Shown here: one piece after another, positions 22,152-35,853 of the stretch | Position numbering within the stretch: position 1 is the first letter of the stretch | How the letters are laid out: the number at the start of each line of letters is the position of its first letter | Origin: Phoronis australis | Taxonomy: Eukaryota > Animalia > Phoronida | Reading direction: 5' to 3' | Assembly (NCBI GenBank): GCA_002633005.1 | Contig: NMRA01000569.1 | Coordinates: 124,001 to 188,000 of the forward strand | DNA: 64,000 nt | Notes under the pieces: generated by a model | Told to the model about the DNA's origin: nothing | What the model saw: only the letters and a program-made list of their open reading frames with translations | Database searches by the model: none | Program-made: the position numbers and the translations under genes

Positions 22152-25100
22152 TCATTTCTTTGGGTTCACTTTTTTGTTAGTGGTTGGTGATGTCAGGTGA
22201 TTTAATTTGCTTTCCTCTTTCTTCATTTGATTTTTATTGTGCCATTCACTAGCACCGATAATTACTGCCAAGATGATCACTTCAGCGACAATGCCTGCAA
22301 ATGGCCACCAAGCAGCATTGGGATCTACAAAGATACAGTTCTTCCATGGTTAAAATGCTAGCATGGTTACCCCATGTGTGTGCCAATGTTACAAAGTTGC
22401 AGTAACAGCAGCTCTGTTGGTGGAAGTTACCTATAGACAAGCTGCTTGCCTTTACCACGTATTTTAACAGTACAAAAAGAGGTTCAGTTGATGTCTGATA
22501 ATGTCAGTGACATATTATGATTAACTTTCTGTGTAAATGGCATAATTAAAAAATGTGTTTACAGACAAAACAGTGATTAGTGATTCTTTACTTAAGCCAA
22601 TAATTGACGGAGAATATTGAGAGCTGCACTGTACCATGTTAGCCTAGCTAAAAACAAAAATATCAAATTTGGCCTTTTACTCATAAAATAAAATCGGTCT
22701 CTAATATTCCTTATCGTGATAAGGCTCTATTTCATTTACCAACAAGAGCATCAGAACTATCAGCGACTCCAGAGTTAATTGGGGTTGTAAATTTGAAAGT
22801 GGCACATGTACTTTGGCTGTGACTTGAATTGGTAATGAGAACAGCATCTCGTCAGAATGAACATTATCAGGAAACCAATTTCATGAGAGTAAAAGGTCTA
22901 ACTCAATTTTGCTTTTTAGTGAGCACAATTAGCAGCTTTGAGAAAGTCATGAGACATACCCTGCACCCGTAATTTGATTGTGACTTGTGCCGAGCCTATT
23001 GAGTTGGCTGCCTCACATGTGTATTCCCCTCGATCATCCTTGGACAACTTCTTGAAAACAACTTGTGAGGTATGCTTGAGTGTCCTATCTGCTGAGTGAA
23101 CAGTATCATTGAAGGCAACTCCACCCTTTTTCCAGCTGATGTTTGGCCGAGGAAACCCTATGGCTTGGCAGGTTAAATTGTAGCTTTCTCCTTTCCCTGC
23201 CTTTACTGACTGGCTGTCTGGCACCAACTTAATGGCAGGTTTTGCTGTAATTAAATATGTTTCAATTTTTAAGGACACCAGTTAAACTGTCATTAACTCT
23301 TAATTTGTAGACATGATATTATAGTTAGGTATCAAACTTGATATAGTTTACCAGACAGAATGAATAGTTTCTTCAAACAGCCACCATGTGCTCTTGTCAA
23401 TGCCAAAATTTACAACTGTTGGATGTCACTCATTGTTTAACATTTCGGGTTTCTGAGATGTCATCAAGCTGAATTGAATATTTTTAAGGATACAAATAGT
23501 ACCATGTATATAAATAGCCGATTCCTGGTAAACCGATTGGAAATACATCTGACATACATATTTTCCAAGGGCATCTTCTTTACCTAAATAAATAACACAA
23601 ATAAATTACACATTGTGATCCACACATTTACTGTTAAAAGAAAAGGATGTACATACTTGTAGTCTTCTATTATAGGCAGTCTTTTATTATAGGCGTCTCA
23701 TTAAATCTAAAGTAGTTGTCAACCTTCAAAAATGCCATACGTACTGTGTAAATCTTTTATTGCTAGGGCTACCTGTTCCAAATTTGTGAGTTGTTCTGGA
23801 GGACTTCGGCCAGCCAATCACTGAGGTCACGGTATGGTGTAGACGCAACAGAGCCGGTCATACCTGTATTTAAGATGTTATTTACCGATTGGGTTTTAGC
23901 CAGCTGCAGAATACGGTGTTAGCCTGCGACCATGGTGGTTACAGATTCGGTTGCAGGCTTGGGCTAAATTCAAAAAATCCGAGAAGACTCGCTCAGCGAC
24001 AATGTTACTTTAAGGGTTGAAAATGGATAGCACTTGTTGAAATGTGAAATGACTTTAGGAAGGTTGACAGCTTTAACAGAGCATTATATACTAGGCTATA
24101 AACTGATAATTATAGATAAATATGTTAGAATCAAAATCCAGGTTCCTCGGTCAGATCGACGAATACGGGAAATTAACCTCATGGGGACTGTTTGATTTTG
24201 CGTGCCAGGGAGTAAAAACATTATCAATTTTACGGCCAAAAACGTATTTTGGGTTATTGTTGGATGTGATGGACTCCTTGAAGTTAGCCTACATGAGCCG
24301 ATAAAGCACCAGTATCCGTTGTTTTTATGTTTTTTTTACAAATTACCAAATTTCGCCGTTGTCTGTCAGAATTGCGCTGAAATCACGGCTGGTATCTTTA
24401 CCGCATAAATACGCTTAAAATAATCTGCCATTTATCGAATGGGAGGTCTATCCGGCGTTAGCGTTATCCTCGACTGCAGGCGTTGCTGGTTCGATTCCGC
24501 GCACGGCTAATATCCTAAAATCTTTCACCGATAATGTCTTTTTTATCTTTTAAAATGTCTAACCAAACATTGTCTCAAAGAATTGATCGCCATCGAATTT
24601 CCCTGAGCAGCTAAGCTGTGGACAAAGCAAACCATAGCTGTTTTTTCAATCAAGTTTATCACCGATCAGTCGTAACTGCGGTCTGCAACTCAAGTTTCCG
24701 AAAGATCCCGATGCCACTTGTGTTTGAAAGAGCACTCTGGTGATCCTTTCCAATTCCTTAATCCCCTATACGACAACTAAGGAAAAGGCACATGTTCGTG
24801 CAAGTGTAACTGATGAAGAAGATATCTGTAACGTATAGTTTACATATATCGACAACATCTTAGCGTAAGATTTGCACGCAAGTGGACGAGAAAGCGCGGG
24901 CCTCTTTACCTCAGAGTATCCAGAGAAGTCCTCGGCACATCGACAGAGGCTTTGTGGCGCCGTCACGGATTTGAGGGATCTACTCGCTATTCATAGCCAG
25001 TGAACATGCTCAAGAAGATAGGTGCGGTCGCAAACCAACACGCCTGTTTAGGGTACGAGTTTCAAAGACAAAAACCAGACAATAAGTAAAGGCAAACGAC

Positions 25101-28100
25101 CAACATGACTGTTTTTAACATTGAAAAGTAAATAGTAGCCGTCTTTGAATTTTTAAAATCAAGGAATTAAACGAGAATTTTTGCGAATAGATTTTTTCCG
25201 GCAACGAGCATTACAAATTAACTTACGAATTTGAGAATCGATTATGACAGGTTTAGTCACAGAGCTGGCTTAGGCTCGCTTTGGCGTTGGGGTAACTAAC
25301 AAAACCCCAAATTTGCCTCTTGGACGACTTGTTTTTCCTTGGGTTTGCCCAACTCGATCTAAACAATACAATGCCCGGAATATGAGGCGTGACCTCAGAA
25401 TTTAGCTGCTACGAAGTCACCTTCTGACAAAAGCCCTTCTCGATAATTTGTGGTTTATAAGACAATGTCGAATAATAAAGAAATATTTAAAGCCGCAATA
25501 GTACTTCATTTTATGCCAAAAGACAAACTTTTGATTTATATCACTTGGCGAGTTAAAAAAGTGTTCTCACTTTGGCCTTAAGGGAGAAAGAAGTAATTTG
25601 TGGGTTTTGTCTGACTACGGTCCTGCTCGGGACCAGTGACCAGTTGGACGAAACAATCTCAACTGATAGGTTTATAGTGGACTTTGTGCAAACATTGATC
25701 CCTTCTCTTGTTTTATGTTTACGTCAAGATTTTGCTTTGACCCAAATCTAGAGTAATTACTATACATAGAATGCTTCACTGAGATTTGTAATCAGGCGGC
25801 CTGGCGCGTCTATATTCGAAGGAAAATGTTACCACTCCTAGAGACGGCATGCATGCGGGCTTTTTGCTTTTTTCGTCGTTTTATTTTTCTCCTTGTATGC
25901 TGTACAACCAGCCAGAATTTTTGCCCGAAATAATTAAGTCGCAATTTTTGGTGTAACGACCAAGTCGTAGTAAAGACGCAATAAAAATTGCATAGTGTTC
26001 TTACTCCCAATGGCCTGTACTACGATGGGCCACGCTTTCGTATAAATGAAGCTGCACTGTGATGTGTATGCCTACAGCTAGGGAATAATCAATTCACCCA
26101 AAAAATTTGGGACCCCTTGGGCTTTAATTGAGCTATACCTCTTCACATACCGGGCCTTTGGCTCGTCACGAGTCACGGTAACCAGTGTTGACTGGGTGAT
26201 GGAACAAGTTGCCCACTGGGCAACGCTAGGAGGTTGGTTGAATTGAACGCTTTCAGAATAATGACAGACCGCTAATCAGGGCCCCGCGCTCGTGTCAAGA
26301 ATGACAGCTAGCATGGTACCTTTATCAAATACATTTTTGAGCAAATTTAATAGTTTAGATTTTGTCGCTCTGCATTTCAACAAAATAACCCATGCTGTAA
26401 ATTCAAAAATGGTTAAAAAAGCAATTGATGCATGCATGGCACCCTGGTAAGTCTCTGCACCTTTAGCGGCACGCGTTTTTGTGTACACGTTTAAGCTTTG
26501 AGCAGCACTACGACATCTACAATTCTTTGAAGATCACTCACTAGGACCACACACCCTTGACCCTACATATACTGAACAATGCGGGACCCCAACACAAACT
26601 TTCCATAACGAGTACGCATCACATGGGGCCAGTTTTACCACAGGAGTACTAGCATCAGTATAGGCCTACGTTTGTGGTATTGGTGCCTCTAAAATGCTGT
26701 TAACGTGGCACCCCAATAAACGCGGGGACCGTAGTATGCTACTTTTGCATTGATAAACACTTTGTGTTACTCGTGTTAGATTACTCTTAGTTTGTTACCA
26801 TACGGTTCTGCCACATTCAGAACACTAAATGTTCCGTTCTGTTTTATTCTGGTATCTGTGCTGTTGTTCTTGATAGTGTCGATATCTTTTAACCACACAA
26901 ATCTGACAGTTTCTTCCCATCCAAACATGTGTATTCCACACAGTAGCGACGCATCCTCTTTCGCTGTAACCACTGTGTGGTTGACAACCACTTCTAAGGA
27001 AATTAAGGATGACAATCAGTACAACAGGTTCATCTCTCTGCCTGGCTTTCTAGGACCATTATTGTCTCAGTCCTATGTAACTGCCATTCACCGTGGCAGC
27101 TCATGAAGACCAAAGAAATTGGGAAGTAAACACAACACAGATACATGACTATTTGGGGATTTCTAGCGTTAGTATCACAACCAGGGTGAGTTGAAGGCGT
27201 GTCTATGACATGTAATCTATGAAATAATTTTACTGTCGGAATGCGGTGTTTCCACGGTCTGGTGCCCACAAAAGTCCAATGTATTGACCAAAATTGATTG
27301 CTTACCTTTGTGGGTATTTACTCGGAGGCTTTTGTGCTGAGTGGTCTCTACTCCATTTTGGCTGAATGACGCTTCACAGGTATACTCGCCTGCATTATCG
27401 GGAGATGCGACTTGGGTCATGACCTAAAGCCACATCAATTAATATGAAGCCTATGGTATAACATAGACCTAAGACAAAAGGATCCCGCTATGCAAAGCTA
27501 AATGTGAGTTATTTTATTACGTACCTGCAAAGGTCACAATTTTCTGGCTGCATGTGTTTTTCAAAATACAGAGTTTAGTCTACTTTATTTCAATCAAAAA
27601 ATTTATGAAAACGAATTTTCTTCCAATTTTTTTTCTCAAATGATACTTTTTCAACATAGTTGTAACATCATTCTATTAAAGACATTTATTTTAATTTCAA
27701 TTTTTAATTTTCTAGTGATGCGTTAACAACTTAAAATGATCGTCACTGTTGAATAATCGAGAAGTATATTCCCTTTTAAAATTGGAAACTTAAAATTTAA
27801 AGCAAGAAAATCGCAAAAACTCACAGAGGCCCGTTTCACTAAAAAGAAGTAAGTTTACAACTTTTTAGCTTGTGCCATAAAATAAAGGAACGCTAACGCT
27901 TTTATGGTCGAAAAACGTAATTTTGGATTATTGGTGGATGTCTGGAGTTACTGGCTATGACCACAACTATTTAACAGCAAAATCCGTTGCTTTTGTGATT
28001 CTGTTACAAATCGCCAACTCTCGACGTTGTCTGCCAGCTATTAACTGATATCAAGTCAAGTGATTTTATCACTTTTAACGCTCAAAATATCCCGCCCATA

Positions 28101-30837
28101 AAGCAAAGCATTGAACTGCGAGCGCAACGGTTGAGACTGATCTCATGCAGGAAATAACTATTTTTTCGCTAAGAATAAGTCGGAATTTTTATGAGTTTCA
28201 AGGAAGACAACCGTTTTTAGTGTCATTTTGGGTGAAATCACACTTTTCTGGTTGTCCTAGATAAATGTTCAAATTAATTATATCCCCCTGATCACGTAAG
28301 CCAAGGGAAGTGACGTTCGTGGTCCGAATCATTCCCCAGCAGCTTTGCGTGGTGACCCATTGTGGACATTCTGTTTATTGCATACCGTTTTCATAAAATT
28401 GTCGTCTTTATTTGCCTTGTATTTTCAGACAATCCTAGACTGAACTAGAGCTCAGTTGCTTGATCTGCACTGAGTTGACGGGAAATGACTGAACGTCGGC
28501 AATACACGAAACACGTACATGCATGGTGAAGATGTGTTGATTGTTGGCCTTGGCATAATATACAGTTCGCATGCACGGGTGACGTCAACTTCGTGACCTT
28601 GTCGCGGAGTCACTACAGTGGCTGCACAGTGCATCTCGTGACGTTTTATGTTTCAGAAAGACCCTCCTAGCTTTTGGAGACGGAACAGAGAAGGGAAACT
28701 TAATAACCACGGCATGGCATCCTTCATCACTACATGCTTTGTCACACTGGACACATAATGTAGTCCACAGCATGCAGGGTCGGACCATTGTAACATACTT
28801 CCCAACTGTTCCGCTTTTCCGTTTCTAATCTCAGCATCAAATGTCCTGTTTTTTGTAACACAGGCGCACGAAATTCAAGTCATTTATTTTATATTTTCCA
28901 CTCTATTTACCCCTACTTTCCCATTTCAGTCAACAGGCAGATGTCCCGTTTTTTATTTTTAAATGTTAGCAACTATGAAGTCAATGGTTCGACCATGGTG
29001 GCTCACTAGTGTCGTTCACTTGGAACGAAGATGACAAAGACTCGAACCAAGATTCCAGCTGAAAACGTCTAATATATAAAGCAAGGTACTTTCGTTATCG
29101 CTGCGGACGTATCTCTTGTAATTTGACGATAAGAAATGTTTGCCACATACACCGAAAATCTGAACTGCTTCAGCCATGACTTGAACAGGCAACGCTGCAT
29201 TCTTGAAACGAACGAAACATCTCCGACGGGTCTTGTCATCCGCTGGAAATCGACGAAATGAACTCCTATACTCTTCGAGAGCTCAAGATGATCGCATCAA
29301 CTTTCAAATGTGCTGAATAAAATTCTGAGAAAGTCAAATAATGACGGCCACGCGTTCACAATGACACAATCGATTTCCGAAACACAGTCCGTAGTGTATG
29401 TACACATTCATAGACGGGGATTCGGGCCGCTAACATCACTTCTGATTAGGTCGACGCAAGCATAATCAATTAGAACTAGGGGAATTCAATTATCTCGAAA
29501 ATTCATCAAAAACACAATGTAACCAAGGAAGACACTAAAAACGCCACAAGCTTCGATTAGGCGCCAATGCATCATCACTGGGGTTTTGATTGGCGACTCA
29601 ATTTCGTCGCCACGATCGAAGTCGCTACACCATATACGAGCACGCAAACAAAATGCTAGAGAAATGTAAAAAAACGGAAGTCGGAACCATTCGGCATTGG
29701 CAAACTTTTCCCGAGTTCACCGGCTTTCTATTTCGGGTATTTCGGCTCTTGCCACCAACGTTTGGCGACCTGTATGTTTGCTTTGTCTCATTTGGTAAGT
29801 TGACGATATGCTAAGCGTCGATCCCTGAAACATTTGCATTCTCTCTGAAAGTTTGAACGGAACCTATATTCAATGGTTAGTGATTTACAATAGAATGACG
29901 CACTCAAATCTTTTGCACTCAAAAGTGAGAATAAACTCCTGCTGGCTCTCCAACTATAGATGCCGGTGTGCTTTCTGATCGCATTTAAGTAGTTACCCTA
30001 TCAGTTGACTGTTGGATTTGCTGCTTGAATTTCCACACACGACGCACATTGTCAACACTTTCGTTTGATACCACCAAGCACTTGAGCGTGAATTCTTGCC
30101 CGACTGGGTAAGAAGTCTTCCTCTCACCGGATTCGTTTTCGGAGCTGAGTGCCAGTTCTGGACAAAAAATATGATGAAACACATTTCAGACAAAATCAAA
30201 ATATTTCTAGGTAGTTTGCTTAACATATGGAGTAACTTAGGACCGGATTTCGACCACGAAGAAGGAAGACTTAAGTCAAATTCATTATCCCCCCTTCTCC
30301 AAACGTAAAGTCATTACGTGCGCCTCTATCAAACCTATGGTAGTTTTGACTCAAAATTGTGTTTGTAGATAAACCAAAAACCTATTGAACAACCCGAGTA
30401 GTTCTGCTTGTCACCTCACCTCGCCGTGAAACTTGTAATAGTATCAACATGTAGAGCTAAAGACACTCATCTTGACCATTACAGCCGATTAAGTGAAAAA
30501 CCATCCAATCAACGACATTTTTTGAGTAATTCTCCCCCTTTAGTAACAAAGAAAAGCCTTCCGTCGGTTTGGACACATTACGCTCGTGACACGTGCACGC
30601 GGACATGCGCAGCCGTAGGCTTACTCACTGACTGCACTGGCAAAAATATTCACAAGTTCGAGTAAAGACCGTATCAAAATTTCGGCACCAATGCAACAGC
30701 TCAAACGACTTGCTGCAAGTAGGGCCAACAAATTTGGCGGTCTGTTAGATATCGTAAAAATTACCTGTCGCCAAGCACGCCGTTAAAATCGCGTAGAGAA
30801 CAAAGAACAGACGAGGAAAATAACATGGCGCAGCCAT
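22152..30837 (-). CDS. BSG: Basigin/neuroplastin/embigin family type I membrane protein with three Ig domains, 361 aa
   Basis: Exons 30837-30765 (signal peptide MAAPCYFPRLFFVLYAILTACLAT), 30157-29997 + 27423-27306 (Ig1: TLKC...VWK...DNAGEYTC), 26993-26799 + 23583-23503 (Ig2: LLC...VWLKD...LGKYVC), 23244-22960 (Ig3: LTCQAIGFPRPNISWKK...DDRGEYTCEAANSIG) and 22324-22152 (TM AAWWPFAGIVAEVIILAVII, with the family's intramembrane Glu). All GT-AG and phase-consistent (1086 nt). The symbol is family-level; orthology to BSG versus NPTN is not resolved. Confidence 0.88.
24200..24440 (+). repeat. Diverged interspersed repeat, second copy at about 27880-28100
   Basis: Shared blocks such as AAAAACGTA(A)TTTTGG(G/A)TTATTG(T/G)TGGATGT, ATCCGTTG(T/C)TTTT(A/G)TG, TTACAAAT, CGTTGTCTG(T/C)CAG and ACGCT(T/C)AAAATA. 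Confidence 0.55.
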
Positions 30838-33800
30838 TTCTAAGAATTTCTTTGGCGCGTGCTTTTGGCTATTACTAATGATACATACCGCGCGCGCAGC
30901 AAAACATACCATGATGTGATGTCTATGGTCGCCTCAGTCACTAGTGTCAACATGTTGTGGAAATCAGTGATATTTTAGTAGCTATGGAATTTCGTCTTCG
31001 ATCTCGCGCCGCTGGAGTTTCACCGCTCTTGAGTGGAGTTCGTTTGCATTCGTTTGTTCCGGGGTTGGACCTTGTTATGTAATATAAAATAAAACTTTTC
31101 GCAGATAATAACTTCGCCGTTTTTCAATCGAATAAGTGCCATATCATTAGAAAGCCCTTTATTTATTATCTAGACGGTGTATGAGTTTTCCAGAAGCATA
31201 TCTGAGGCATATAATCGAGTTCCAATTTCAAAGTTTCAAGTCATTGGTGCGACCATGGGTCATTACTGAGGTGCATTTTTCCTCTGAAATTTTGTCCTTT
31301 TCATTCAACAGGTATTCTGATGTGTCAACAGTTTAACAGCTGTGATTATCAGCATTAACCGCACTTTTCACGAACTTTACAATAACTGCCGACATTACAA
31401 AGGCTTATAATGCACCGAAAATGATCAATTAGTGTAAAGGTCATTTCATTTTCAAAATGTTACAACTTCGACATTTTTCAAGGAATTCTCTTCAGTTTCT
31501 AGATACAGATGTAAGCTTATGCCAATCAAATACACTGTTGTTCTAATCAATCAGGCCATCCAATCTGATGAAATAGGTCAAAGGTCATTGAGTAAAAACT
31601 TTAATTTTGAGCTAAACACTTCAGATTTCCATATGTGATTGATACATGTAATTTAGTTCCAATTCCAAAGGTTCAGGTCATTTGGTGCAACCATATGGAC
31701 CTTAAGTGCATTTTTCTTCTGAAAATTGACTTTTCATTCAACATGTATTCTAACATTTCAAGGTGATCAGTGCAATGGGCCCACATGCGCGGTCTCAGGC
31801 CTGCGCACGTCTGGTACAACTTGTACCAGACCGCCTGCAATTGTACATGTCAACAGTTAGAAAATGTGATTCTCAGCATTAACAACGCTTTAGTTATGTA
31901 CTTCACATTAATTTCGCTACTGGGGCTCATAATGCACCAGAAAGGGTTAAATACTACAAAGGATATCTAATTTCATTCAACATGTATCCTTTTTATACAA
32001 TTTCTATTCTCCTGTGCCAACAGTTAAACATTTGTTATTTAGCATGCTCCACATTTTTATTTTCTTGTGTAGTTCTGCTGTGGTGCACAAGCCAATGGAA
32101 AGGTTGTAAACATTCAAAAAAGACGATGATTAACGAAATAAGTTCATTCCTAAATTTAAAATTGCTCATATTCTACATTCATTGGGGTAATGCAAGATGT
32201 CTCGCTAATCCTCAATCTGTCTTAATACCTGCAGCACGCCTGGCGAACCAGAAAAATATAATATGCGTATAGATGATGAACTGTACATACATATTTCAGT
32301 TATACAAGCGTCTTTGTACTTTCATGTAATTTGATATTATTGTAATATGGACCGGAGGCCTTCAAGTTCAATAAAGTTTATTCTTCTTCGTAAAAAGGTA
32401 GAGTCATTATTGTCATTTTCTGACAAGTTACATGATGTTCTTTCTTCAGCGGCTGCAAGAGTCATGATTTATTAATAAAAAACATGCGCGCACCCAGGGG
32501 GGGGGGGACTCTGGGGCTCAAATGATATCTTTTCATCTCCAGTCTTAGAACCACTTACGACAGCCTATCAAACTACATGCCAGCTGTTTTTCAACAAGAC
32601 ATTTGGGAGTATTAAGATCATGTTACACTATTTTACGGAAAGAAGTGACATTTAGTTTTTGAGGGTTTGTTTCGCAATCATAAGCTAAAAGTTTAGGCCA
32701 TGCTAACAAGGATATTTACCTAACTTTCGAAAAATTACTCGTGATTGCGCGCTCGCGTGTGTGTGTATGTGTATGCATGTACATTATTACTGTTTTCAAT
32801 TGTTTCTACAATAATTCATTTGTGCATTGGTTAGGTGTTGCCCAGATGCCATTTTCTGCTAATTCGATTTGTAAGCAGTTGTGTTATCTGTTACATTTAC
32901 CTATACCTGTGAAATAAAATTTTAAGAAAATGAAAGTTTACATTGTACAAGAATCCAATCCAATACTTTGTGTCGAAATTTACATATTAAAGACAAAGAT
33001 GTCCAGCTTTTTATCCGGAAATTCCGCGTTTCAATCCATTTTTTCCGTTTTTTTCATTCTCGAATGTTTACCGTAACAACAATGCAAGGACGTGTTCAGA
33101 ATAGCGTTGTCGTTTGGTTATGAATAGTGTTATCTTCCAGAGTCCACTTTCTTTTGTAACGTAACAACCGTAAAATGTGTCTTGTTTACGGTAACATACA
33201 CCAGTACCAGGATAACTAATCTTTAATTTCTGAAGGAATGAGTTTATTTCTAAACTTCTGTGAAAAGTCCTACACTGCAAAACATGTAATGAGGTATGCG
33301 CAATACACTTCAAAGCTTTGAAATAGATGTTTGCACATTTTTATATCCATAAGACAACCTTTATCTGCAGTTTCCCGACAGATAGTTGGAATAATCATGA
33401 ATTTTTACTAAAGATTGTAATTGTAACAAGAAACACCAAAGGTCCAATTAATATATACAGATGTATAATTTTGGATGAATGCCTAACTAAATCATTCACA
33501 AATGAGGGATTCATATTCTAAAATCTTTGTATAGGGTAGAAATTTTTTGAATCATTGAAATTATATCCTGATGGTTAAACTAGTCACTTATACAACCTCT
33601 CTGGTTCATTTCCTTTTTATTTTTTATTGCACTTTGTTTTTTTTCGCATTAAAACATTTTTTAAAATGTCAGGTATGCAAAACGATAATTACTTATGAAT
33701 TAACCAACAATTCTCATTAAAAACGAACACCACGATTATATTCCGCTGGTAAAAACAACCTAGTAAGGTTTTTGATTTTTAAAAATCGATGAACTAATTA

Positions 33801-35853
33801 GCTAAAAGCTACAATCAGTAGATACGATTGGAGATAAACGACCTCTGATCAGAGTTAACAATATCACATGGATTATTCTTTTAATATTCTTTCAATCTCA
33901 TGTAACCAGCTTGACTAGAAAACAGTTGTATTTAATTTGTACCCAATCTTTATTTTTTATGACTGACAAAAGCTAGAATAGTTATGTAGTAAGTGCAACC
34001 GATATTGTCCAGAGATTCCAAATCTTCAGTTTGCCTATCACCATATTTAATCTGGAAAGTTCAGGGATGGGTTCACAATCAACTAAACTAATTAAGTTTC
34101 GCTGGTGATCAAAACCTACCACTGCTTTGGTACTTCAAGTTTAAAAATAGATATCAACCCGTTCCGAATATTAGAAAAAAACAAATAGACAGGAGTATTA
34201 CTCAAATGAAATAACGAAAACCGGTATGAAACATATTTAAAACCATCGTTCCTTTGGGAAGTGGCTCTTGGCCAAGATAAACACAAATTAACTTTTTAAA
34301 TCATTTTGTAATATTAACAATTAGTTTAACTATTCACCACAGTTGCAGGCTGTGGCTGCAAATTCCAGAGAAAACCAAGCTGGGTGTAATAACAACCATC
34401 ATTGTTGAGACAGTGGTGCTAGCTATTGCCTTTCCACTTCATGAGCTCAGATCTACATCATTACAAAGGACGACCTTAATAGTGATCATAAAAGTTGTCT
34501 GGGGCCAATTAGGGAATCTGAGGGGTGACCAGTGTAAGCGACCGTCGGACATGGGCGGCGGTTTGTCCCTACAAGTGTTATCCAACTCGCCCTAAAGCGT
34601 AGGTCACGCTTTCCCGTTTAGCATACTTTGTAAAGAGTTTTCAAAATTTTCTCCAAACTTTTGAAGGTATAACAGAGCATTGTATCACAATATCTTTGTT
34701 ATTGTTCCTGTACAGTAAGCTTGATGTCGAATCCGCCTCGGGTATTTCCGTATCGAACTACGAACTCTTGGCTTGTCACCAGGTGGCGAGAGTTCGAAAG
34801 CGAGTCCACTCAACAAGTTCTGCCAAACAACAAGTGCAAATTGCCTACATTTCGTGAGTCCGCTTAAAAATAGTTCAACAAAGAGATACTTTACGAATGA
34901 GAGAAGCAGAAGAAGTAATGTCCAGTTATGAAAGGCAGAAATTATAGCTTATGATTGCATTTGAATCCCGATATCTTACAAAATAATGCCTGAAAATATA
35001 TCACATGGTACCATGTGGAGATAAGTCTGACCAGATACCGGAAAGATTACACGAGGTTGGCTTACGAAATAACTGAACTTTTGGCGTGTTTTGTGGTTGA
35101 AAATCACGTAAAATCGGACCAGCATACCCAGTCTCTATGCCTGGGTTGCGAATACCGATACACCACGCTCCGAACCGTTACTCTACTGTTGTTATTGTGC
35201 CAAATGTACATTTCAAGGCCGTTACGTAGTCCATAGCCTAGGCTAACGTCATCATATACCCGAGCCTTGTTTACATCGTGGTCTTGGTTGAGGCTTTTGC
35301 TCACGATACTTGCATAATGAAGAATGTTTTTCGTGAAATGACAAGGACTTAATTGGTCGATAACGAGCGTTTAATGGACTTATAGCCGGGAGCGCCTTGT
35401 GACAAGCCTTAAACGTTAACTCTCAATTATAGATAGTAGAAATTAGGCCTACTTGACCCGGTTTACCGATATTATTGGCCAACCATGCCAACTTAGACAA
35501 GACCAAGGCAAAGGGACATCTGCTGTCGCAGACTACAAACGACGCGAGGAAAGTCGGTCGTTTTTGGCTTGAAGATATATGAATTCTGCTTTCAACATGG
35601 GTCTTGATTGCAAAATTGATCCAATCTACTTCTCGGATAATTCGGACACTTGCTGCGGCTTCTCCTGGGGTTAAATGGCTCCCTGCTGAGTGACAGGAGG
35701 TCACCCTGGAGCGGACATCTAGTCTGTCATCAGAAGTTTAGTTGTTATGAGTTGACGAGGATATACAAAGAGGGATACTAAATGAAATTTACCTACCAAA
35801 TGTATTCAATGATACAATCGAAAGATTTTAGGCTAGGGAGTTCAAGAAAGAAA

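Noticed and set aside
26570-26690. Minus-strand NVGLY-TGA-C segment as the missing Ig2 exon with a recoded (selenocysteine) UGA
   Set aside because: It is followed at once by TAG and another TGA. A clean phase-matched exon with GKYVC exists at 23583-23503.
32087-32390. Possible LINE 3' end (…LIPAARLAN… followed by CAATAAAGTTTATTCTTCTTC)
   Set aside because: The resemblance is weak and no RT motif or second copy is visible, so it is not called as a feature.
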